Positions 29,290 through 39,828 are shown, counted from the stretch's first letter. The stretch is 57,288 bases of DNA from an uncultured Hyphomicrobiales bacterium (GCA_964370945.1 CAYJNT010000001.1:1-57288); one strand, 5' to 3'. A program made the numbers and translations. Notes: a model not told the origin generated them from the letters alone.

Positions 29290-30363
29290 TCACGGTGCAG
29301 GAACGAGTACGGCACGGCGCTTGAGGGCGCCGGCATGCGCTGCCTCGAATACCTGATTGATCTCGCTGAGCGGATGTTTCTCGACGAACTGACCGACTTT
29401 GACGCGGCCGTCCATGACGAGTTCCAGGGCTGCGGGATAGAGATCGGGTGGGCATCCCCAATTGCCAATCGCGCGCGCATGGAACGCCATCAGGTTCGAG
29501 AGCCGAATCTCGACCTTGTCCATGGTAAATCCGACGACGGCGAGCGTCGCACCGTGATTGATCAGACTGAATGCCGTTTCCTGGCCGGCGCGCGTGCCGG
29601 AGCACTCGAAAATAATCCATTCACTCTGGCGCAGGCCATTTTGCTTGGCGAATGTCTGAATCGCCGCCTTGATATCGCGCGACGTCATCTGTTTGACATT
29701 CAGCGTGAGCGCGGCGCCCTGCCCGGCAACAGCGGCAAGTTTATCCTCGTTCACATCAACGGCGATCACGACGCCTCCCATGGCAGCCGCGATCTGGACG
29801 GCATAGCCGCCGACGCCGCCGACTCCATTGACGACGACGAGGTCTCCCTTGGAGACACCAGCCTGCACGACCGCCTGATAGGGCGTGGTCACCGCATCGG
29901 CGATCACAGATAGATCGGCCAGTTCAACTCCGACCGCTGCCAGCCGGTCCTCATCGACAACACAAAGGCCGCGCGCCGGCACAGTGATATGAGTGGCAAA
30001 TCCGCCGTGAATATCGTTGCCCGGCATCTTCTGGTTTGGGCAGATCGTCGCCTTGCCCCGGAGGCAGGCATCGCATCGACCGCACGGGATCACCGCCGGA
30101 ATAATAACCGCGCGGTCGGTGTACCAGAGAGCATCCGTGCCGGCGTCGATGACGTGGCCACTGATCTCATGCCCGAGCGTCAGCGGCAGTTCGTGCTTGG
30201 TGCGCACACCGTCATAATAATAGCCAAGGTCGGTGTGGCAGACCCCGCAACCGGCGATTTCGACCACGACTTCATCGGGACCCGGAGTGCCGATATCGAA
30301 TTCCGTCGGGACCAACGGCTCGCCCGCACCCGTCATCATCCAACGAACCGGTTTGGCGCTCAT
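29290..30363 (-). CDS. had: 6-hydroxycyclohex-1-ene-1-carbonyl-CoA dehydrogenase
   Basis: Zn-ADH: [15 protein letters not shown]; [26 protein letters not shown]. Confidence 0.92.
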   Translation of the reverse strand: MSAKPVRWMMTGAGEPLVPTEFDIGTPGPDEVVVEIAGCGVCHTDLGYYYDGVRTKHELPLTLGHEISGHVIDAGTDALWYTDRAVIIPAVIPCGRCDACLRGKATICPNQKMPGNDIHGGFATHITVPARGLCVVDEDRLAAVGVELADLSVIADAVTTPYQAVVQAGVSKGDLVVVNGVGGVGGYAVQIAAAMGGVVIAVDVNEDKLAAVAGQGAALTLNVKQMTSRDIKAAIQTFAKQNGLRQSEWIIFECSGTRAGQETAFSLINHGATLAVVGFTMDKVEIRLSNLMAFHARAIGNWGCPPDLYPAALELVMDGRVKVGQFVEKHPLSEINQVFEAAHAGALKRRAVLVPAP

Positions 30364-30451
30364 GGGTCTGCCCTCCAGATTGGCCTCTAAGCCCGTCGCC
30401 GGACCCACCGGGCCTTATTTTCATTCTTTGATCGGCAACCAATGGACCGCC

Positions 30452-30465
30452 TTGATCAAGATCAA
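30452..30465. promoter_or_regulatory. Consensus FNR box between divergent had and korA
   Basis: TTGAT-CAAG-ATCAA. Confidence 0.8.
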
Positions 30466-30557
30466 GGAAAAGCAAATAAAAACGCATTCTAGTACTTAAA
30501 TACATATTGGAACGCGTAACCCGCGCGGAGCGGACTGTAATCATAGGGACAACGGCC

Positions 30558-32276
30558 ATGGGAGCCTCGCCGAGCATCTCGATCGCGATTGTTGGCAGCG
30601 GCGGCGCTGGCGCCCTGACCACCGTAGATTCCCTACTCGAAGCGGCCAGCGCCGCGGGGTGGCACGGGCTATTTACCCGGACCCTGGGTCCCCAGATCCG
30701 CGGTGGTGAAGCGGCAGGACTGCTCCGCCTGGCCGTTCATCCCGTCGATTGTCTGCCCGACCAGTTCGACCTGGTCATCGGCATCGACTGGCTGAACGCC
30801 CACCGTTTCGGCGCCGAAATCAAAGCCGGGCCGCACACTTTGGTGATTAGCGACCCCCGCGGAGGCGAGCCGCCACCGATGGTGACACAATCCGGGGCAC
30901 GCGTCGTTGAAATTCCGATGAAGGAAATGGCCAAGTCCATCCCCGACGGGCGGCCCAACATGATCGCGCTCGGCATCGCCAGCCGGCTGCTTGGCTTTAC
31001 CCTCGAACAAGTGTTCGCCCCGATCGAGAAGCGTCTTGCTGACAAGGGGCCAGCCGCCATCGAGGCCAGCCAAGCCGGAATCAAGGTCGGCTTTGGCGCG
31101 GCAGCAAGCATTGACTTCGACAAACAACTCGCCGCGCCGAATCCGAGTTCCGCGCACAGGTGGCTGATATCGGGGAACGAGGCAACGGCGCTTGGCGCCA
31201 TTCGTGGCGGCGTTCGTTTTGCCGCCGCCTATCCGATAACTCCCGCGACGGAAATCCTCGAATGGCTCGCGCCCAACCTTTCCAAAATTGGCGGGGTGCT
31301 GCTGCAAGCCGAAGATGAACTCGCCGCAATCAACATGATCATCGGTTCTTCTTACGGCGGCACGCCGGCACTGACGGCAACATCCGGGCCCGGACTTTCG
31401 CTGATGATTGAAGCGCTCGGTCTCGCCACGTCAGCCGAGATCCCAATCGTGGTCGTGGACGTGATGCGTGGCGGACCATCGACGGGAATTCCCACCAAAT
31501 CCGAACAGACCGACCTGAACATTGCCATTTACGGCTTGCACGGCGACGCACCCCATCTCGTGCTGGCGCCGCAATCGGTTGGCGACTGTATTTTCACGAC
31601 ACAATGGGCGACCTATCTCGCGGAAACGCTGCAAGCTCCAGCCATCGTCTTGTCCGATCAGTTCATGGGCCAGTCACGTGCCGCCATCGAGCGTCCCGCC
31701 GATGTTGCGTTCATTGGCGCACGAACGCTCGCCACCGAGATATCCGGTACCTATAAGCGCTACGCCCTGGCGTCCGATGGCGTGTCGGCGATGGCCCTTC
31801 CAGGAACGAGCGGTGGCCAATACACCGCAGATGGCCTCACTCATTCCGAGCGCGGTACCCCGACCAGCGGAGCCGCCGACCATCTGGCGCAGCTCGACAA
31901 GCGCCGCGACAAGCTCGACCACTTTAACTTCGGCGACCATTGGGCGACCGTGGAAGGCACCGGAGATCTTGCCATCATCACCTGGGGATCGCTCACCGGT
32001 GCCGCCCGCGAAGCCGCCGAACGCGCGGCAGCCGACGGATTCGATGTCCGCTTGGTCGCGCCACGCTTGCTGACGCCCGTCCAGCCGGAACGCCTGGCGG
32101 CCGCCCTTGGAGATGTCAAACGCATCCTGGTCGTCGAACAGACACATAGTGGTCAGTTCAACCGGTACCTGCGCGCGCATTATGACCTGCCGGCGCCGGT
32201 GCGCGTGCTCCACCGGCCGGGCCCGCTACCGATCACGGCCGGCGAAATCCATCGTGCAATCGCGGATTGGAGATAA
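30558..32276 (+). CDS. korA: 2-oxoacid:ferredoxin oxidoreductase alpha subunit (KorA-like)
   Basis: GPQIRGGE, YPITPATE, QAEDELA, ATSGPG, RGGPSTGIPTK.EQ. Confidence 0.88.
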   Translation: MGASPSISIAIVGSGGAGALTTVDSLLEAASAAGWHGLFTRTLGPQIRGGEAAGLLRLAVHPVDCLPDQFDLVIGIDWLNAHRFGAEIKAGPHTLVISDPRGGEPPPMVTQSGARVVEIPMKEMAKSIPDGRPNMIALGIASRLLGFTLEQVFAPIEKRLADKGPAAIEASQAGIKVGFGAAASIDFDKQLAAPNPSSAHRWLISGNEATALGAIRGGVRFAAAYPITPATEILEWLAPNLSKIGGVLLQAEDELAAINMIIGSSYGGTPALTATSGPGLSLMIEALGLATSAEIPIVVVDVMRGGPSTGIPTKSEQTDLNIAIYGLHGDAPHLVLAPQSVGDCIFTTQWATYLAETLQAPAIVLSDQFMGQSRAAIERPADVAFIGARTLATEISGTYKRYALASDGVSAMALPGTSGGQYTADGLTHSERGTPTSGAADHLAQLDKRRDKLDHFNFGDHWATVEGTGDLAIITWGSLTGAAREAAERAAADGFDVRLVAPRLLTPVQPERLAAALGDVKRILVVEQTHSGQFNRYLRAHYDLPAPVRVLHRPGPLPITAGEIHRAIADWR

Positions 32277-32278
32277 CG

Positions 32279-33115
32279 ATGTCGAGCGTCGGAACGCGCC
32301 TGGCCTGCAAGCCGGCCGATTATAAATCAGACGTGAAACCGATCTGGTGTCCCGGCTGCGGCGACTATCACGTGCTCATGTCGTTCACGCGCGCGTTCGC
32401 TCAATTGGCCCTGACGCCGGAAAAGATCGCCGTCGTGTCCGGCATCGGCTGCTCGTCGCGGATTCCCGCCTACACGAATTGCTACGGCTTTCATGGCGTG
32501 CATGGCCGTTCGCTTGCTCTTGCCGCCGGACTGAAAGTGACGCGGCCTGATCTTACCGTCGTGGTCGCCAGCGGCGACGGCGACGGCTATTCGATCGGCG
32601 GCAACCATTTCCTGCACGCCTGCCGCCGCAACATCGATATGACGTATGTGGTGATGGACAATCACATCTACGGCATGACCAAAGGCCAGCCTTCGCCGAC
32701 CACGGAGCCGGAATTCGATACCGCGCTGACGCCGGGCGGCACGGGCGTACGGCCGTTCCATCCGCTGGTCGTCGCCCTCGCCTCAGGGGCGAACTTCATC
32801 GCCCGCTGCTTCTCCGGCGAACCGAACGAAACCGCCGACGTGCTGGCGGAAGCGATCAAGCACCCGGGATTTTCGTTCATTGAAATCCTCAGCCCTTGCG
32901 TAACCTTTCGCCCCGATGAAAAGGCCTGGAAGGACCAGGTGCGTCCAGCCCCGGTCGCGGCGACCAGCGATCAGGGCAAGGCGGCGCGCCGACTCATGAC
33001 CGATGACGGCTTTAACCTCGGCATCCTATACCGCGGCAATCGCGCGCCGTTTCAACCCGCGGTTGGAGCAAGCGACACCGACCTGTCGGAGTTGGAGAAG
33101 GACTTCGAGCGATGA
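32279..33115 (+). CDS. korB: 2-oxoacid:ferredoxin oxidoreductase beta subunit (KorB-like)
   Basis: WCPGCG, SGIGCS, GDGD...IGGNH, N.IYGMTKGQ.SPT, SPCVT. Confidence 0.88.
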   Translation: MSSVGTRLACKPADYKSDVKPIWCPGCGDYHVLMSFTRAFAQLALTPEKIAVVSGIGCSSRIPAYTNCYGFHGVHGRSLALAAGLKVTRPDLTVVVASGDGDGYSIGGNHFLHACRRNIDMTYVVMDNHIYGMTKGQPSPTTEPEFDTALTPGGTGVRPFHPLVVALASGANFIARCFSGEPNETADVLAEAIKHPGFSFIEILSPCVTFRPDEKAWKDQVRPAPVAATSDQGKAARRLMTDDGFNLGILYRGNRAPFQPAVGASDTDLSELEKDFER

Positions 33116-33642
33116 GCAAAGCATCGGACAATCCGAAGGTTTCCAACCTCAACGATCTGCTCGCTGTCGCCTATCAGATCGAGATCGACGCTGTCGAACG
33201 CTACAATCTGCTGGCCGATCAGATGGAAACCCACAACAATCCGGAGCTGGTGACGGTCTTCCGCGATCTGGCCCGCGCCGAAGGCATCCATGGCGAGGAA
33301 ATCCGCCGTCTCGCCGGCGATTTCGACGTTGTCAACCACGCACTCCGGATTGCAAGATTTCGAAGAAGTGACAGCCCGGAAGAGGCCGAACTCGATTCCG
33401 CGCACTACCTGATGACACCCTGGCACGCCTTGCAACTCTCGCTCGCCGGCGAAAAGCGCGCGCTAGCCTACTTCAGCTCCATCGTGGAGACTGCCAAAGA
33501 CCCCAAGGTGAAGGCGATGGCCGCGGAACTGGTCGAGGAGGAGGCCGAGCATGTCAACCTCGTCAATCGACTGCTGCTCCGTTATCCGCGTCCAAGCGAT
33601 ACGTGGGCCGAGGACTTGGATCCGCCAGTATCTCCGGAATAA
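33112..33642 (+). CDS. Rubrerythrin/ferritin-like di-iron protein
   Basis: A...E..A...Y, E..H, E.RA..YF, EE..H. Confidence 0.82.
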   Translation: MSKASDNPKVSNLNDLLAVAYQIEIDAVERYNLLADQMETHNNPELVTVFRDLARAEGIHGEEIRRLAGDFDVVNHALRIARFRRSDSPEEAELDSAHYLMTPWHALQLSLAGEKRALAYFSSIVETAKDPKVKAMAAELVEEEAEHVNLVNRLLLRYPRPSDTWAEDLDPPVSPE

Positions 33643-33647
33643 CGCGA

Positions 33648-34994
33648 TTAATCGGCCGCCTTGTCGCGCTCGTCTTTTACCCGCACGGCCTTGCCCTGCG
33701 ATCGCGGCACTTCGCCTTCCGCTTTCACCACGACCTTGCAGGTCACGCCGATCAACGACTTGATGTGGTGGGTGACCTCTTTTGCCTTGTGCGCGCGTTC
33801 GGCATCGTCGAGTACGTTGCCTGGGGCAATCTCGATTTCGACCGTCATCCTGTCGAGCGTTCCTTCCCGCGTCAGGACGATCTGGTAGTGCGGTGCGAGG
33901 CCGGGAAAACCGATAAGCACTGCTTCGACCTGTGAAGGATAGACGTTGACGCCTCGGATAATAAGCATGTCATCGTCGCGCCCGGTCACGCGCATGATCC
34001 GCACGTGCGTACGGCCGCACTGGCATGGCTCATCGCTGAGACTGGTAATATCGCGTGTACGATAGCGGATCATCGGCAGCGCCTCTTTGGTCAACGTCGT
34101 GATGACCAGTTCGCCAGTCACTCCCATCGGCAACGGCTGCAGTGTTTCGGGATCGATGACCTCGAACAGAAAATGATCTTCCCAGCCGTGCAGCCCGGAT
34201 CGGACGGCATGACATTCGCAGGCCACACCAGGCCCCATGATTTCGGACAGGCCATAGATATCGATCGCCTTGAGCCCAAGCCGATCCTGAAGATCGCGAC
34301 GCATGGCATCGCTCCACGGTTCCGCCCCGAACAGGCCAACCTTCAAAGACGAATGCCTCAGGTCGAATCCCATTTTTTGCGCGACCTCTGCAATGTTGAG
34401 CGCATAGGACGGCGTAGCGCACAATACGCTCGCCTTGAAGTCGTTGATTAAAGTAACCTGACGTTCTGTGCCGCCGCCCGACGCGGGGACCACTGTGCAT
34501 CCGAGCCGCTCCGCTCCGTAGTGCGCCCCGAGCCCCCCGGTAAACAGTCCGTATCCGTAGGCGTTGTGGACAATATCGCCCGGCTGCGCGCCGGCACTTG
34601 CGAAACAGCGCGCCATCAGGTCCGCCCAGATGTCGAGGTCGCGCTTTGTATAGCCGACGACGGTCGGCTTCCCGGTTGTTCCTGACGAGGCGTGGACACG
34701 GAGAAGCTCCTCACGCGGCACCGCAAACATGCCGAATGGATAATTGTCGCGCAGATCGGTCTTCAGCGTGAACGGAAAGCGCGCAATGTCGGAGAGGTTC
34801 TTGAAATTGACTGGACTCACGCCCGCTGCGTTAAACTCGTTTCGGAAATGCGGAACGTTCGCATAGGCGCGTTCGAGCGTCTGTTTCAGGCGCGCGGTCT
34901 GCAGCGCGGTCAGCGCCTCGCGCGACATCGTTTCAGCGCCCGGATCAAACATGTAGGTTGCCGGCGCCTTCGCTGCTGCCGTCTGCGTGCTCAT
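33648..34994 (-). CDS. paaK: Phenylacetate-CoA ligase (PaaK/PadJ)
   Basis: DLRDNYPFG, HASSGTTGKPTVV, YGYGLFTGGLG.HYG, DIYGLSE..GPGV. Confidence 0.92.
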   Translation of the reverse strand: MSTQTAAAKAPATYMFDPGAETMSREALTALQTARLKQTLERAYANVPHFRNEFNAAGVSPVNFKNLSDIARFPFTLKTDLRDNYPFGMFAVPREELLRVHASSGTTGKPTVVGYTKRDLDIWADLMARCFASAGAQPGDIVHNAYGYGLFTGGLGAHYGAERLGCTVVPASGGGTERQVTLINDFKASVLCATPSYALNIAEVAQKMGFDLRHSSLKVGLFGAEPWSDAMRRDLQDRLGLKAIDIYGLSEIMGPGVACECHAVRSGLHGWEDHFLFEVIDPETLQPLPMGVTGELVITTLTKEALPMIRYRTRDITSLSDEPCQCGRTHVRIMRVTGRDDDMLIIRGVNVYPSQVEAVLIGFPGLAPHYQIVLTREGTLDRMTVEIEIAPGNVLDDAERAHKAKEVTHHIKSLIGVTCKVVVKAEGEVPRSQGKAVRVKDERDKAAD

Positions 34995-35019
34995 GGCAAA
35001 CTCCCCTTCGCTCGATTGC

Positions 35020-36612
35020 TCACGACATTGACCAGCCCGGCTTGACCGCAGATCCGGCAATGCCGGCCCCGCGCACCGGCGTGTGATTCAGTGCGAAACC
35101 CTGATTGAAGCCGGCACGGGTAACCAGAATGAATTTCAAAACAACGCCGGCGGCCGCAATGCTGAACCCCGCAATTACAAACAGCACGGCGGGCGCCATC
35201 GCCATCGCAACGCCGGCAACGATCAACGCAGACGGCAAAGCGAGGCCCGCGATAAAAAACCACGGCTTATAGTCATGAAGTACCGCAAATGTGCGCGTCG
35301 GCGCGCCCTCTCCTTCCAGCGCCGCTTGATAATATCGCCAAATCCAGGCGCGCAGCGCCGCCAAGGCGATCGCGACAACGGCGACCAACTCCACCAGCGG
35401 CCGGAATGCGACGAGTTGAGCGGTCGCGGCCAGAAACAGTCCGCTGCCTTCCGCCATGCCCGTTGCGAACATCAACGGCACGACCCACAATATCCGCCAG
35501 GCTGGGATACCTTTAGCTTCCTTCAAAATCATTGCCTGGCTGTAAAGGAACAGCATCGCGACAATAGCGGCGGCGATCAGCAGTGCGGGCACCTGCGACC
35601 ACAGCGCCAGTCCCGCCAGCGGGAAAAAGACGGCCGCGATCCAGGCTTCACGTGCCATCCACGAGCGTTGCGACTGGCGCAAGACATAGATGAACCTCAG
35701 CGGCCGCCCGATCTTCAGGAGCACCAGAAAGAGGCCAAGCGCAACGAATCCGAGCGCTGCCCAGCCGAGTGGCGCAAAGTCATCGTAACGAAGACTGGCG
35801 ACCGCGCTGAACACGAACAGCCCGCTGCCGATACCACCGCAGATAAAATTGCCGGCAGCCTTCCAGTCCCAATGCTTTTGCTGCGACGGCTCGACGCCGC
35901 GCGTTCGCAATTGGCCGTCGACCAATGCGGCTTCAGGCGCGGTATGGCCGGACTCCGGTTCCGGATCATTCGTCTTGCCGTAGAGATAGTGGAAGCCTGG
36001 ATTGGTACCAAGCTCCGCATGCATTCGGAAGCTGCGCTGCTCACGCAACAGCCGCGAAACATTGCTGTTCGGATCGTCGACATCGCCGAAATGCAAGGCA
36101 TCCGCAATACAGGCATTCACGCATGCCGGTGTCGCCCGGGGATCAATACCCGGCGTGAGACCATTTTCGATTCCAAAATCCACCCTGTCGGAACAGAATG
36201 TGCATTTTTGCGCCACGCCGAAGCGAGTCGGATCGGAACGCTCGATCTCATTCTGCGTGGCCGCGTCGTAGGCAAAATGCGGCTCGTGAATGAGGAACCG
36301 CGCCTGATAAGGACACGCGACTTCACAATAGGCGCAGCCGATGCACAGATCGTAATCGATCGTCACGATGCCGTCGGCGCGCTGCCGCGTCGCCGTCGTC
36401 GGGCAAACATGCATGCACGGAGGATCGGCGCAATGCTGACAACCGACCGGAACAAACACCCGGCTGACGTTCGGATATGTGCCGGCTTCAATATCGAGCA
36501 CCTTGCGCCACTGCACCGCCGGTGATGTGGCGTTGGAATGCCGGCAGGCCGCGGTACATGTCTGGCAGCCGACACACCGCTCGAGATCGGCCACCATGGC
36601 CCAGCGTGTCAT
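35020..36612 (-). CDS. padC: Phenylacetyl-CoA:acceptor oxidoreductase, Fe-S subunit fused to DmsC-type membrane anchor (PadC-PadD)
   Basis: Four Cys motifs, then Q..WDWKAAGNF..GG.GSG and SWM.RE in one frame; ATG 36612 coupled to padB. Confidence 0.82.
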   Translation of the reverse strand: MTRWAMVADLERCVGCQTCTAACRHSNATSPAVQWRKVLDIEAGTYPNVSRVFVPVGCQHCADPPCMHVCPTTATRQRADGIVTIDYDLCIGCAYCEVACPYQARFLIHEPHFAYDAATQNEIERSDPTRFGVAQKCTFCSDRVDFGIENGLTPGIDPRATPACVNACIADALHFGDVDDPNSNVSRLLREQRSFRMHAELGTNPGFHYLYGKTNDPEPESGHTAPEAALVDGQLRTRGVEPSQQKHWDWKAAGNFICGGIGSGLFVFSAVASLRYDDFAPLGWAALGFVALGLFLVLLKIGRPLRFIYVLRQSQRSWMAREAWIAAVFFPLAGLALWSQVPALLIAAAIVAMLFLYSQAMILKEAKGIPAWRILWVVPLMFATGMAEGSGLFLAATAQLVAFRPLVELVAVVAIALAALRAWIWRYYQAALEGEGAPTRTFAVLHDYKPWFFIAGLALPSALIVAGVAMAMAPAVLFVIAGFSIAAAGVVLKFILVTRAGFNQGFALNHTPVRGAGIAGSAVKPGWSMS

Positions 36613-39356
36613 GCCACAGTCTCCAGCCGCGTGATTTTGACCTTGACGAGATCGGCGCTCGATCCGGTCGCATCGGTCAGATCGAGCAACATGGGCATCA
36701 ACGCATTCATGCTCGGAGCGTGGAAATCCTTGGCGTAGGGCGTCGCCCAATGGTCGAACTGGCCAATCATCAGCAGCGTGTCGGGACGAATTCCCTCACA
36801 CAGCATGACCCGCCCTTTGGTCTCATTGAGCGGCGAGCGCACTTCCACGATGTCGCCGTCGGCGATACCCAGGCGCACCGCCGCTGCATGATTCATGACA
36901 ACATTGCCGTGGCCAGCGACGTTATCTGCCACCTCTTTGATGAGCTGGATGCCGACATTGCCGCCCCAGGAGTACTGCATGCTGCGGGCTGTGATCAGCC
37001 AGAACGGATAATCGGCAATACGCACCGAAAAGTGCTTCGCCAGCGCGGTTTCCCACAATCCATTGAGATCGTGCCACCGCGGTAGCGGTTCGTATTCGCG
37101 AAGCTGCTTGTCCCACCAATTGATGCCCTGCTCGTGCAGACGGCGGCCGAGCTGTTTGCCGATGCGAAACAGCTGCTCCTGGTAAGGCTGTTCGAAGCGC
37201 AATCCCTCCGCGACGAGTTTCGGATATAGGTACCACTGCAGTCGCGGAAACGGCTTCACCCGAAATCCGTGCCCGCGGAACCACGCCAGCCCTTGGGATT
37301 CGGCGCCATCGGTGATTTCGGCGCTGGCAGCTCGACAACTCGCGTCCCAGATCGTCTCGACATCGTGCACCTTTTCCGGTGCAAGCGAGAAATCGTAGTT
37401 TTTCCCGGAAAGCCTGACGCCGGCGGCGCCGCGGTTGATAGCCAAATTGTATTCTTTGATCAGGCCAGTGCGGTGCGAGAGCTCGGTTGCGATCCAGGTG
37501 AAGTCCTTGGCCTCGCCCTGCGGCGGCACCGCCGGCGCACGCAGCGCAAACCCCTGGTGATCCCAGAATTGCTCGACATATTTTGTGCCACCGACGCGCA
37601 ACAGCTGCAGACCCTCGAGGTCGGTGCAATCCGGCAGCAGTACGTCGGCAATGTGGTTTGTCTCGTCGCGCGTATAAGCGAAGCAGACGACGAACGGAAA
37701 CTTCGCCATCGCTTTGCCAACAGCTTTGGTATCCCAGAATGATATGGCCGGGTTCGTGCGATAGACAAACCAGACGTCCGGCAGCGTCGCCACCGGCAAT
37801 TTGTCGAAATCCTCGCTCTGCATCATCCAGGCCAGATGTGTCGGACCGAGCGCCTGGCTCCAGGCCGAATCGGCAACCAGCGGCACCAGCGTCCGGTGCG
37901 CACTGCGCGCCGTTGGGCGCGATACCCAGTCGCTCTTGCCGGTCGGATTCATCGGATATTGCATGAAGCCGTCGGGACCCGGCTTGACGCTCGACCAGCG
38001 ATTGTCGGCTGGCCGATTGAGCCTGACCGTCGTGCCAAGCGTACTGCCGGGCACTTCAAGCGCTCCAAACAGGCAGCCGATCAACGTCCGTGCCCAGCAG
38101 CATTCGTACCCGCCCCAGCCGTTGTTGACGGTCTTGCCGAGCGAGATCGACACCGGCCGCAATGGCAGCGTCACGCCTTCAACGTCGATCGTCTCGCCGA
38201 CGCGGGCGTGTTCGAGAAACTCGTTGGCGATACGACGGATGGTGGCCGCCGGCACATCGCAGATCGCCGCCGCCCATTCCGGCGAATAGTCCCTCACATG
38301 CGCCGCAAGCTGCACGAATGCCGGACTGACCGTCACGCCCTTGTGCGAAATGATCTCTTCGTCGGCATCCACCTCGATGCCGTCCACAACAAACGATCCT
38401 TCCAGGGAAGGCTCGATGCCGGCGGTATCGAACGGCACCGACCGGCCCGTCGCAGCATCGATCATAAGCGGTTTGCGCGTCGCCGCGTCTCGCATGAATA
38501 AGCCATTCGGCCCGATCAGGTAGGGCGAGGACGTACGATGCTTGAGGAAGTAAACGTCCAGCCGGTCGCGCGGGTGCTCATGCAGGAACACATGGATCAT
38601 CGCAAACATGAATGCCGAGTCGGTCTTCGGCCTGATCGGTATCCACTCGGCCGAGCATGCGCCGGTCACCGAAAGATGCGGTTCGATCTGCACACGCTTC
38701 ATGCCGCGCTTGCGGGCATCCGCGTGCCGCTTTACACCGCACACTCCGCCGGAGGCTTCGACATTAGCGCCGAAGGAAACAAGATATTCGCAAAGTGGCG
38801 TGTCGGGTGAAACCGTGAAGCCGCGATGCCAAAGCTCGCCATAGAGATGCTCGGAATGATAGCACTTCACGCCCTGTCCCGAGCCAAAGCTCATGTCAAC
38901 CGGGCCCCAAGCCGACAAGAACGCGGGAAGCGTTCCCATGTAGGCCGTTGGTGTGCCACCGCCACCGAAGCTCGCGGCCACGCGCGGATAGCCTGCTTCG
39001 TCGGTCAGGCCTGCCGCTCGCGCTGCGTTGAGCTTTTCGGCGACGAGCGATAGCGCCTCATCCCAGGTGATGCGCACAAAACCGGGGTCATGGTCACGAC
39101 CCTTGTTCGGATTTGTCCGCTTCATCGGATGGAGAATCCGATTGGGGTTGTACACCTTCTGCACCAGCCCGAACGCTTTCACGCAGACCTTGCCGCCGGC
39201 CGGATGGACTGCAGCCGCGTCGAAATTCGGAGCGACTTCGGTCGCGATACCGTCCTCGACGCGCACTTTCAACAGATCGGGCCCGGCGACGCACTGATAG
39301 CAATAGGTCGAGACAGTGCGCTCGCTGAGAGCGGACTTGCTCGGCATCTTGGTCAT
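36609..39356 (-). CDS. padB: Phenylacetyl-CoA:acceptor oxidoreductase Mo subunit
   Basis: TYCYQCVAGPDL, C.KA.GL.QK.YNP.R, GSGQGVKC.HSEHLYGE.WHR; next to phenylacetate-CoA ligase. Confidence 0.82.
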   Translation of the reverse strand: MTKMPSKSALSERTVSTYCYQCVAGPDLLKVRVEDGIATEVAPNFDAAAVHPAGGKVCVKAFGLVQKVYNPNRILHPMKRTNPNKGRDHDPGFVRITWDEALSLVAEKLNAARAAGLTDEAGYPRVAASFGGGGTPTAYMGTLPAFLSAWGPVDMSFGSGQGVKCYHSEHLYGELWHRGFTVSPDTPLCEYLVSFGANVEASGGVCGVKRHADARKRGMKRVQIEPHLSVTGACSAEWIPIRPKTDSAFMFAMIHVFLHEHPRDRLDVYFLKHRTSSPYLIGPNGLFMRDAATRKPLMIDAATGRSVPFDTAGIEPSLEGSFVVDGIEVDADEEIISHKGVTVSPAFVQLAAHVRDYSPEWAAAICDVPAATIRRIANEFLEHARVGETIDVEGVTLPLRPVSISLGKTVNNGWGGYECCWARTLIGCLFGALEVPGSTLGTTVRLNRPADNRWSSVKPGPDGFMQYPMNPTGKSDWVSRPTARSAHRTLVPLVADSAWSQALGPTHLAWMMQSEDFDKLPVATLPDVWFVYRTNPAISFWDTKAVGKAMAKFPFVVCFAYTRDETNHIADVLLPDCTDLEGLQLLRVGGTKYVEQFWDHQGFALRAPAVPPQGEAKDFTWIATELSHRTGLIKEYNLAINRGAAGVRLSGKNYDFSLAPEKVHDVETIWDASCRAASAEITDGAESQGLAWFRGHGFRVKPFPRLQWYLYPKLVAEGLRFEQPYQEQLFRIGKQLGRRLHEQGINWWDKQLREYEPLPRWHDLNGLWETALAKHFSVRIADYPFWLITARSMQYSWGGNVGIQLIKEVADNVAGHGNVVMNHAAAVRLGIADGDIVEVRSPLNETKGRVMLCEGIRPDTLLMIGQFDHWATPYAKDFHAPSMNALMPMLLDLTDATGSSADLVKVKITRLETVA

Positions 39357-39763
39357 CCTGATCCGGCGAGCTTGGCCGCTTTCGCTTTCAAGCGCTCGAC
39401 GGTCTTGTTGATGTCCACTACGAAACGGCCGTGCGTTCCGGTGCATATCCGTTCGATATTGTCCTTGGCCGATATCTCAAACACGACTTTGCGTCCTTCC
39501 ACCGCTGTCACAGTGACCGCTATCTCGACCGACATGCCAAGCAGTGTCGGAGCAAGGTGCTTGATCGCGACGTCGGTGCCGACCGAGTCCTCTCCGGCAT
39601 CACAGTGATCGAGGATCAACTGACGGCAGGTCATTTCGATATCGCGCACCAAATAGGGGGTACCGTAAACGCGACCTTCCTCGCCCATGAATCCGATCGT
39701 GCGGTCACGATCAACTTCAATACGGTTGACCCGTGACACCCCCGAACGAAGGCTCTCCTTCAT
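39353..39763 (-). CDS. Hotdog thioesterase, fluoroacetyl-CoA thioesterase (FlK) family
   Basis: V..TP......E, SVGT....HLAPT..G, G.H.R; GAGGAGG RBS. Confidence 0.85.
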   Translation of the reverse strand: MKESLRSGVSRVNRIEVDRDRTIGFMGEEGRVYGTPYLVRDIEMTCRQLILDHCDAGEDSVGTDVAIKHLAPTLLGMSVEIAVTVTAVEGRKVVFEISAKDNIERICTGTHGRFVVDINKTVERLKAKAAKLAGSG

Positions 39764-39828
39764 CGCAATCCTCCTCACCGCACGATCGCAGCTGGAAACA
39801 ATTACATGCGCTTCCCGCCCACTTCGAC

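Noticed and set aside
35083-36525. Long antisense ORFs (480 aa here; also 2857-3870, 25206-26294, 26318-27454, 43279-44418, 54438-55682)
   Set aside because: They shadow well-supported genes on the opposite strand, as expected from high-GC codon bias, and contain no motifs
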